Assembly (NCBI GenBank): GCA_024626585.2
Contig: JANKJI020000002.1
Coordinates: 44,609,735 to 44,625,914 of the forward strand
Direction of reading: 5' to 3'
Length of the DNA: 16,180 bases
Source of the DNA: Ginkgo biloba
Taxonomy: Eukaryota; Plantae; Ginkgophyta
The notes below the pieces were generated by a model, which was not told the DNA's origin, did not search any database, and saw only the letters and a list, made by a program, of their open reading frames with translations. The first letter of the stretch is position 1, and every line of letters begins with the position of its first letter. Positions 9,501 through 16,180 of the stretch are shown one piece after another. The position numbers and the translations under genes were made by a program.

Positions 9501-12500
9501 AGTGCTTGAGGACATGTGTCTAATAGGTATTTGGGATTGGGAGGTTGTTTGGATATAATTAGGATGACTGGTTCGTGCATTCTAATCTTGATTTAAAGGC
9601 AGAGGAGCTTAATTGTGATTTGAAAAGGGATCTTAGCATATCTTCATTAGATGGTATTTAGAAGGCAAGGCACTCTATTCTTTATAAAATTATGGTCCTT
9701 GGAGGGACGATGGTAGGATATGGTTGGATTGTTTAGGCTCAGGGGCCAATTTGATTTTGGATGGTTGATTGATTAATTGATGATTAGGCATAGGGGTAAG
9801 TTTGATTTTGTATGGTTGATTGATTGATTGATGATTAGACACAGGGGCTAGTTTGATTTTGGATGGTTGATTGATTGATTACTGATTAGGCATAGGTGCT
9901 AGTTTGATTTTTGATGGTTGATTAATTGATTGATGATTAGGCATAGGGGCCAATTTGATTTTGGATGGTTGGTTTGAGTGGTATAGCTCAAGGGCCTCAT
10001 GGGTATGATATTGTTGATAGTTTAATTGAAGTGGCTCTAGGGATTGATTGTTGTTTTATAGTTGATTATTCAATTATTATGGATTAGGCCATGCTTGGGA
10101 AAATAAATTTCCCTTGAGTAGTGATGGGGATAAGATATGCTTGAGTAGTGAATCACTATGTTCTTCCATAAACAATGGTCCTTGGAGGGATGATGGTAGG
10201 ACATGGTTGGATTATTTAGGCTTAGGGGCCAGTTTGATTTTGAATGGTTGATTTATTGATTGATGATTAGGCTCAGGGGCTATTTTGATTTTGGATGGTT
10301 GGTTAATTAATTGATGATTAGGCTTAGGGCCAATTTAAGGTTTGGTGATTTATTATTCATTTTTTATGGATTAGGCCACTATTGGGATAATGGATTTCCC
10401 TTAAGTAGTGATGGTGGGGATAAGATAATATTTGGCTTAGGTGACTTAGGGGCCAATAGGATAAAGTGGAATTGGTGAGGCTCAGGAGACATATTAGGAT
10501 TGGATTGTGGATGGTTTGATGAGAAATTATTGGATGTGTGATTTTTGGACATTGGTGATAGAGGTAGGATAAAGGTTGGTTGTTTTGGATTAGGATCCAA
10601 AATGGAATTGGATACTATATTATTTTATTGGTTATTAGGTGATGGTTGATTATGTGATGAAGGTCTAGATGTTAAATGATCAACTTAGGATGCTAAGATT
10701 TCCACTATTTGGTTGATTTGTTGGATTAGGTCAAAGATGGTTTGATTGGGATTTTGATGGGATTGATATGGTAGAACTGGTTTAGCATGAGGATATCATG
10801 ATGGGGATGATAACAAGTGGATACGAGGTTCTCTTGGTCTAGCAATACACTAGAAAGGAATGGATTTGACTCAAAATAATTTTGGTTGTTAGGATTATGA
10901 TTAAGAAGGTCATCAAGGAATGGAATTTAGGTAAAAGGATTTTGATTGAACGCCATTAGATTTGGTTTTTGGTTAAAATTATTTTTCATGAATTCCATTG
11001 GATTTTATATAAGCTAGTTTGGATTAGTTTGTTTTGGACTGGTTTTAGTCGCTATTTCGATTTTGCCTTGATTTTGCTTGTTATTTCTTTTTAGACTGGT
11101 CGATACAAAGGAGGTAATAATAACACACATGCAACAACAACCTATGCTAATCATATATGAGTACAATAGTATAAGTAACCCACAAATATACCTCAAGGGT
11201 ACGAGTGGGTAATCTTAGGGAATGTTATTTTTTCAGCACCATTATACGATTACAGTCGAATGGTTCCTAATCTAGGTTTATATAGGCTTACTAGGGGAGT
11301 TATAAATATACCTTTTGATATGTGAGGCCTAAATTCATGATACAAGGGTGATGTCTAAGGCCTGGGTATTGGGACAACATCCTTCACTTCACGATGCACT
11401 TAAAACACACAACCGCTTAAAAAAAAATGATAGCTCCTATATGAATTTATATACCCCAAAAGAATAGGGGGTTTGTCCAATGCTTAGTGATGAAATCCAA
11501 GACATTAGATCCTACAAAAAAAAAACATCCTTTGAATTTCTTTTAAGAGGAGGAGAAGTCAACATTTTCATTGTCATGTCTCCAAATACTATATTTACCT
11601 ATCATTGCTTTATCTACCTCATATTGTTCTATAGTTGCATTTTCTAGGATATTCGTTTCTTCTTCTACTTGTTGGATAAGCTCTGTCAACCTCTTTTCCC
11701 TTCTGTATTGAACCCGTATCTTCCAGATGATATTCAACATGGGATTAAATCTCTAATGCACTCAGATATGCAATGTTATGTGCAACTTTGATATGTGTTT
11801 ATTTCTATACAGGCTTTTATCAATTTTTCTCTAAACATTGACATTTTTGTTTTAAACCCTTGACATTCTTGTGCAAACTATCGACATTCTCCTTTTCATA
11901 GACCTTCAGCATTCTTTGATTGTTGGCTTTTACAATTGCTAGCAAAGGGCATGGACGGGGCCACAACTTTAGCATTGCTTGGAGGTTTATAGCATCGTTC
12001 TTGCTTTTGGTTTTCACCTGCTACCAATAGTTGTTTTGGGAGAGGTTCTTTGTCTTTTGAATTGAGAATTGAAGTAATCTTGTCCACTTCATTGCTAGAG
12101 CTTCAGATTGAAGTGAACTTTTCAGATGACTCTTAACAATAAGAGGACGACCTTTGATCTTATGCTCAGAGCTTTGACACCTAAGCAGGTATTTGGAACA
12201 TTCAAATACTTAAAGAGGTTGGACAAAAATGGTATCAACACTTTGAATGACGCTTTCTTGTTTTGTCTCTTTGGACAAGTCAAGTTGTACACATTACCTC
12301 CAATTTGGCCTTGGGTTATGTGGCTCTTGTGGTTCACAGCACATAAGCATGCCAATGGGAAAAACAATGGAGCTAAAAAATTCTTATTATGGAATGTGGA
12401 GCTTGGGAAACTCTACCCAAATTGTGTAGTTATATGAAACAACTTTCATAGCTAAAAGCTCTTTGGTCAGTAAAGTAGTATGAAGTTATGTTTTCAAGTC

Positions 12501-15094
12501 TATGGATTCTGGAGGAGCAACTCATTTCTCATTTTTGGAGTTCCGAAAATGGAGGACTAGAATCTTTGTTTCTGAGGTAACATATGGAAACTACTTTCCA
12601 GCAATTTATCTCAAAGGTCTTCCAAATCCATGCTTTGAGCACAGGTTTGGGGGAGGATGGCCAAGAAAACAACCAATAAGAGATCTAGAAGATAAATCAC
12701 TAGAAACAAAACTTAAATGGTCTGGATCAAGAAGCATCTGCAGAATCAGGCTTACCTCATGGTACACCTTGGGCACAACATTCCTAGTTCTCTTGGGTGC
12801 AATCGAGCAATGCTTTCCTGGCTATTTGCCAAGCTCTAAAACTTGAGACAGTTTTAAAAATAGCATGCAAATTGGAACTCATAGTAAGCTTGTTTGCAGC
12901 CACTGGGGGCTATATCTGCCCCAAGGGGTGGATTCAGCCTCAATCAAACTGAGTTAATGAAACCCCTAAAAGCAAGATTCAAAGGACAGAGCAGTAATAT
13001 CTGAAGCAAGCTGTCTCTTTCAATAGAATTGACCTACAATCAACCCTCATCAGCTCATCCCTCGGCTCGTGAATGCTTTCGCTTCCATTCTCCTCTTCCA
13101 AACTGAATCTTTGTCCCATTCAGGAGACTTTGTGAATGGCATTGACCAGCAATACACTTCTACATATTGAAATTTTTTGAGTTCTCATATACATTTAGAT
13201 TCAACTAAGGTGCCTTAGGAGTTGAGAGTTAAAAGTTGAATTTGGTGGTTATTCCATTTGGCTGGAAAGGTTTCTCCCAGTTTTGAAGCAACTAGATGCA
13301 TTTTGAATGAATAATTTATCTCATAGGATTGAATATTATCTTAAAGTATATTCCCAAGTCATAAATGAATTGGAAGTTTTGATGAAAAATGATTTTCTTA
13401 AATTTTATAGCTTCATGGGAAAGGAAGTTGAAGAGCCTTACCCTAAGGAAAATGATTTTGAAGAGTTTGAGACCTCTTTTATNNNNNNNNNNNNNNNNNN
13501 NNNNNNNNNNNNNNNNNNNNNNNNNNNNNNNNNNNNNNNNNNNNNNNNNNNNNNNNNNNNNNNNNNNNNNNNNNNNNNNNNNNNNNNNNNNNNNNNNNNN
13601 NNNNNNNNNNNNNNNNNNNNNNNNNNNNNNNNNNNNNNNNNNNNNNNNNNNNNNNNNNNNNNNNNNNNNNNNNNNNNNNNNNNNNNNNNNNNNNNNNNNN
13701 NNNNNNNNNNNNNNNNNNNNNNNNNNNNNNNNNNNNNNNNNNNNNNNNNNNNNNNNNNNNNNNNNNNNNNNNNNNNNNNNNNNNNNNNNNNNNNNNNNNN
13801 NNNNNNNNNNNNNNNNNNNNNNNNNNNNNNNNNNNNNNNNNNNNNNNNNNNNNNNNNNNNNNNNNNNNNNNNNNNNNNNNNNNNNNNNNNNNNNNNNNNN
13901 NNNNNNNNNNNNNNNNNNNNNNNNNNNNNNNNNNNNNNNNNNNNNNNNNNNNNNNNNNNNNNNNNNNNNNNNNNNNNNNNNNNNNNNNNNNNNNNNNNNN
14001 NNNNNNNNNNNNNNNNNNNNNNNNNNNNNNNNNNNNNNNNNNNNNNNNNNNNNNNNNNNNNNNNNNNNNNNNNNNNNNNNNNNNNNNNNNNNNNNNNNNN
14101 NNNNNNNNNNNNNNNNNNNNNNNNNNNNNNNNNNNNNNNNNNNNNNNNNNNNNNNNNNNNNNNNNNNNNNNNNNNNNNNNNNNNNNNNNNNNNNNNNNNN
14201 NNNNNNNNNNNNNNNNNNNNNNNNNNNNNNNNNNNNNNNNNNNNNNNNNNNNNNNNNNNNNNNNNNNNNNNNNNNNNNNNNNNNNNNNNNNNNNNNNNNN
14301 NNNNNNNNNNNNNNNNNNNNNNNNNNNNNNNNNNNNNNNNNNNNNNNNNNNNNNNNNNNNNNNNNNNNCTTGTTTGTCACAGATGTCTGCTAACTTTAGA
14401 CAGGGTTTGCTTGTTTCAAACTGCTATTGCTGCCCATTTCTGTTGGCAGATTTTATTTCAGTTGATTATAAAATAGTGCCTGAGATTGGATCATTGTTTA
14501 TTCTTAATTGCCTTGGCAAAGTGTTTTGATGTAAACATTTCTCTTTGCATGGGTGATAACTAATATTTTACTTAGTGGCTAGTTGCAATCTTTCTAAACA
14601 AGCAAATGAGAATCGGTTAAAACTGCAAAGTATACAGATGTCAAGCTGCTTATTATTTTTTAGTACTAGATAAGTGACTGAATCATTATCTGGTTCATCT
14701 TATGGTGATGGGATTCATGTCTTTGATTAAGATGACCAAAAATAAGGCAGAACAATTGTGCAACATAAATATTGTTATTTCTTGTTTATGATGGGCATTT
14801 CTGGTTTAGGCTATCCTGCTAGCTTATAGGATACTGAATGTTGGCAGTCTGTTTACATCTTCTTTTATATGAACTATGTGATTTTCCTTGTATTAATGCA
14901 AGTGATCTGTTTTAAAAAATATTGCTTCTTTTATCCCTCCAAAATTTAGTCAAATGCTTTGATTTGATTCGATTTTGAAGTACATGTTTCAGTTGACACT
15001 CTCAAGTTCCAGGTTGCAGAGATTGCTGCCTCTAAAGAGAGTCTTGACCGAAGTGGAGCATGATATCTGTGACACACATGAAGCTCTAGAGCAG
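493..15094 (+). CDS. MRS2: Partial multi-exon gene, MRS2/CorA-superfamily magnesium transporter (N-terminal soluble domain); join(493..576,763..839,1176..1244,6071..~6126,<6173..6230,6353..6412,15013..15094); 5' and 3' ends lie outside the window
   Basis: Manual splicing yields the MRS2 motifs in their canonical order: 'GIHPRD' (cf. L.PRD), 'IAMRKEKVLIRMENVRALVCKDYCFLFD' (cf. ILxRxxAIxxNLExIKAIIxxxxVLLFD), 'MIECMLEETC' (follows LPFE), 'ERILEDLT' (cf. PALDxLT) and 'LQRLLPLKRVLTEVEHDI' (cf. LExxxxxKxxL). Intron phases agree at every junction that can be checked. The family call comes from remembered motifs, not a database search. Confidence 0.85.
763..839 (+). CDS. MRS2: MRS2-like exon B (VLIRMENVRALVCKDYCFLFDAHHP-R), phase 0-2
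   Basis: Acceptor tgttttacAG at 761-762, donor CG|GTGCGA at 840; continues exon A in frame across a 186-nt intron. Confidence 0.85.
1176..1244 (+). CDS. MRS2: Probable MRS2-like exon C (KQLNRMQLLSPKLCVSRQEALQ-K), phase 2-2
   Basis: Acceptor tttgcAG at 1174-1175 (alternative in-frame aatAG at 1189-1190), donor AA|GTTAGT at 1245. Phase-compatible with exons B and D, but it carries no conserved motif, so support is weaker. Confidence 0.55.
2111..3299 (+). mobile_element. Degenerate Ty3/gypsy pol fragment (protease C-terminal part plus reverse transcriptase), chromovirus-like
   Basis: DFYVIPMGGVDVVLGAQWLKMLG (ORF 2165-2350). From 2701 one frame reads VRKKNGSHNL*VDHRALNKSTIK..FPIPCIDELMD*LYG...SKIDLRSG*HQI...AFHTHEGHYEFLMMSF...FSNDILVYS...KESKCLFG...MDWPTPKT, with multiple stops and the catalytic FDD decayed to SND. 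Ends at an N gap. Confidence 0.93.
3400..3476 (+). repeat. Possible 3' end of an LTR
   Basis: CpG-retaining segment ending ...gagttcaCA and followed by TGGT, but not by a full Met-tRNA primer-binding site (TGGTATCAGAGC). The 5' part is lost in the gap. Confidence 0.3.
3510..3900 (+). mobile_element. Highly degenerate Ty3/gypsy integrase-like fragment
   Basis: Broken frames give LLKEV.H..LA, KGSFC*K, RIVRD..KAKHG and YDYLGGI, in the order expected for the integrase zinc-binding region through the SMDFxxGL motif. Many disruptions. Confidence 0.4.
4604..4939 (+). mobile_element. Degenerate Ty3/gypsy RNase H fragment
   Basis: Translates as NYFIMEREELGMFY..*KF*HYFLETKFEFFMDHEAPKY..NK....RLSR*IQEYDFKI....KSYVGLDYLSRIDN.EEE.IKDEFLYAHLFRI. 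This resembles the gypsy RNase H consensus ERExL..KFRHYL..DHxAL..LQEFDF..DxLSR..DxFPDxxLF. Confidence 0.8.
6071..6126 (+). CDS. MRS2: MRS2-like exon D (AREAFALSMAEYAKQTPS...), 3' end uncertain
   Basis: Long pyrimidine tract gtttttcatgtttttcttAG ending at 6070, phase-2 entry and an open helical-looking frame. It may end at A|GTCTGC (6127) or run on to the N gap at 6163. Confidence 0.7.
6173..6230 (+). CDS. MRS2: MRS2-like exon E, 5' end hidden in gap (..MIECMLEETCNFFHQKVE-R)
   Basis: Matches the helix after the MRS2 LPFE motif (xLExxLExxC); donor AAG|GTACTT at 6231, phase 2. Confidence 0.8.
6353..6412 (+). CDS. MRS2: MRS2-like exon F (LKIVVERILEDLTNDVNMG-G), phase 2-2
   Basis: Acceptor ttttttgtgaAG at 6351-6352 after a 122-nt intron, donor GG|GTAGGT at 6413; resembles the LDxLTxxIS segment. 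Confidence 0.8.
6675..6770 (+). mobile_element. Short retrotransposon gag fragment
   Basis: RWQYLRQRHCQGVQDYTVEFRKQAILMAI resembles the Retrotrans_gag core LRQxxxxSVxEYxxEF; its 5' side is in an N gap. Confidence 0.65.
7416..8419 (+). pseudogene. Decayed unassigned coding relic, probably retroelement-derived
   Basis: A-rich + strand with protein-like E/K/I/N-rich frames broken by scattered stops (e.g. KYEEKIKQRYLEHRRLQEK; EETPMEECGKENAQKLIEDIANDRL). No recognisable domain. Confidence 0.3.
9734..9971. repeat. 51-bp tandem repeat, about 4.6 copies
   Basis: Unit ~TAGGCATAGGGGCCAATTTGATTTTGGATGGTTGATTGATTGATTGATGAT starting at 9734, 9785, 9836, 9887 and 9938 (exact 51-nt period). Confidence 0.95.
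10217..10336. repeat. Second block of the same 51-bp repeat, about 2.3 copies
   Basis: Units start at 10217, 10268 and 10319; flanks are shared with the first block. Confidence 0.9.
11011..12960 (-). mobile_element. Probable 5' internal region (UTR plus decayed extra ORF) of the minus-strand Ogre-like element
   Basis: Contiguous with the gag-protease relic with no intervening gap; contains overlapping broken minus-strand, charged-residue-rich ORFs (11543-11740, 11820-12017, 11896-12087). Ogre elements are known to carry an extra ORF upstream of gag. No LTR or primer-binding site identified; boundaries approximate. Confidence 0.4.
15013..15094 (+). CDS. MRS2: MRS2-like exon G (LQRLLPLKRVLTEVEHDICDTHEALEQ), phase 2-0
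   Basis: Acceptor ttccAG at 15011-15012 completes a GGG codon with exon F; motif LQRLLPLKR; probable GC donor CAG|GCATGC at 15095. Confidence 0.8.
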
Positions 15095-15949
15095 GCATGC
15101 TTCTTGATAACATTTAACCCTGTAATGTAAAATGTGTTCCTTTTGTTCCTTGGGTTGATTTTTTTTAAAGATAGTACTCATGAGGACTCATGGAGCAGTT
15201 TTTAAGATTTTGGTAACTTTTGGTAAATAGTTAAGAATATTTCCCTTTATGGGGTAAACTTGTAGCTGTTTCAACTTGCTGGGCTGGAATGGACATTCGA
15301 TTAGATTCTCTTGATCAATTGTATAACGTTTTTCTTAGCACAACAATGAATGCAGTATAAGATACATCTTCAACTTGCTCATGTTAGAGCTGGAGCACAA
15401 ACCTGTCCATTTTGGGTTGTTGTATCAGAATATTTTCTGTGACAAATTTGTAGCTTTGTCTTTTACATAATCCATGAAAAGGTCTTGCTAAAGAATATTA
15501 CTATAGGACAATTTGAGTTCTCATTTGATGCATGTGCATAATGTCTCACCTTTGAAGAATTGGTTGGGTTGTTTTATCCATATCGAGGTGGTATATGAGT
15601 ATTGTCTTGAAAACAATCATTATGCTTAGCTGGAAATGGGAAGGACTATGTACATGGAGCAGTCTATGCAAGACCCGTTATTAATCTTGGCAAAGCGTCT
15701 CAACATGCCATATAAAAGATGTGTAAGTTGAAGCCATGTTTTTAACACAACAAGAGTAGCTGAAAATATTTTCAAATGGACATTATTCATGGGAAGCATC
15801 ACCCATTAACATCTTGTAGTAGTGAGGTTGCAATGAGAAATCTGGCTTCATGTGCTTTTAAGGGTTTGTGGTTTTAAGAAAATAGTTTATAAAGACGTTT
15901 CATATTTCTAAGAAGAGAATATTTTTGAACAAACGGGCAACTGCTATTA

Positions 15950-16180
15950 TCTCTTGAGTGGGCACTCTCCCCTTTATTGATCCGTTTTCGGATCTAAAGT
16001 TGATTTTTCTGTCATTTTTTCAAGTCGGTCAACTTGCAAAGAAAACTGGGCAAAATCCGTATAGTTTTATCTGATGATCAATGAATGAAATTTTTAGCCT
16101 TGTCTGTTAGCTTCGAAATGGTACCAAGAGTGTAAAAAATGGAGCTACGAGTTAAAAGTTATGCTCATTTTAGTGATTGT
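15950..16180. repeat. Possible start of an unclassified interspersed repeat running off the window
   Basis: Shift to CpG-retaining sequence with short inverted repeats (GAGTG-GG-CACTC at 15956-15967; GATCCG-TTTT-CGGATC at 15979-15994). Only one end is visible. Confidence 0.25.

Larger units (their letters stand above)
8520..11010 (-). mobile_element. Degenerate Tat/Ogre-like Ty3/gypsy relic: gag C-terminal region, aspartic protease start and G-patch
   Basis: Minus strand, in order: Pro/Gln/Asn-rich repeats, KIPFQITIKLL (~9604-9636), HNPSPYIKSSITKPQVTKVLIDGES (9165-9091, protease active-site region), HYKGKGLGIHEQGILEPI...HGINYKP (G-patch, ~8868-8770) and LELFQNDEAIVEFMGL (to 8521). Stops and frameshifts throughout; truncated by the N gap. 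Confidence 0.75.

Noticed and set aside
9734-10336. Regularly spaced repeats as a CRISPR array
   Set aside because: Head-to-tail 51-bp units with no unique spacers, in a eukaryotic retroelement context with no cas genes.
12126-12846. Plus-strand ORFs of 103 and 114 aa
   Set aside because: No recognisable domain or splice context; they lie in repeat-like DNA whose coding signal is on the minus strand.
13307-14476. Long ORFs of 334-389 aa in the track
   Set aside because: Their length comes from the N run at 13483-14368, not from real open frames.

Overview
Eukaryotic, AT-rich, gap-ridden draft sequence that looks like a large-genome land plant (gymnosperm-like, by inference). The window holds the middle of one spliced + strand gene that no single ORF in the track captures: a divergent MRS2/CorA-superfamily Mg2+ transporter. 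Seven short exon segments (493-576, 763-839, 1176-1244, 6071-~6126, <6173-6230, 6353-6412, 15013-15094) join with compatible splice phases at every junction that can be checked, giving GIHPRDMDLLVGNFFIPKRSNIAMRKEKVLIRMENVRALVCKDYCFLFDAHHPRKQLNRMQLLSPKLCVSRQEALQKAREAFALSMAEYAKQTPS..[gap]..MIECMLEETCNFFHQKVERLKIVVERILEDLTNDVNMGGLQRLLPLKRVLTEVEHDICDTHEALEQ. The start codon and the C-terminal GMN/transmembrane part are not in the window. Two introns (about 4.8 kb and 8.6 kb as assembled) are filled with decayed LTR-retrotransposon pieces: a + strand Ty3/gypsy protease-RT, integrase-like, RNase H and gag fragments, and a - strand Tat/Ogre-like gag-protease-G-patch relic carrying a 51-bp coding minisatellite. 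Most ORF-track entries are spurious or are artefacts of N runs. I see no convincing evidence for a wholly new biological system. The best leads are the divergent MRS2 lineage, its weak or ambiguous splice sites, and the G-patch/minisatellite retroelement.
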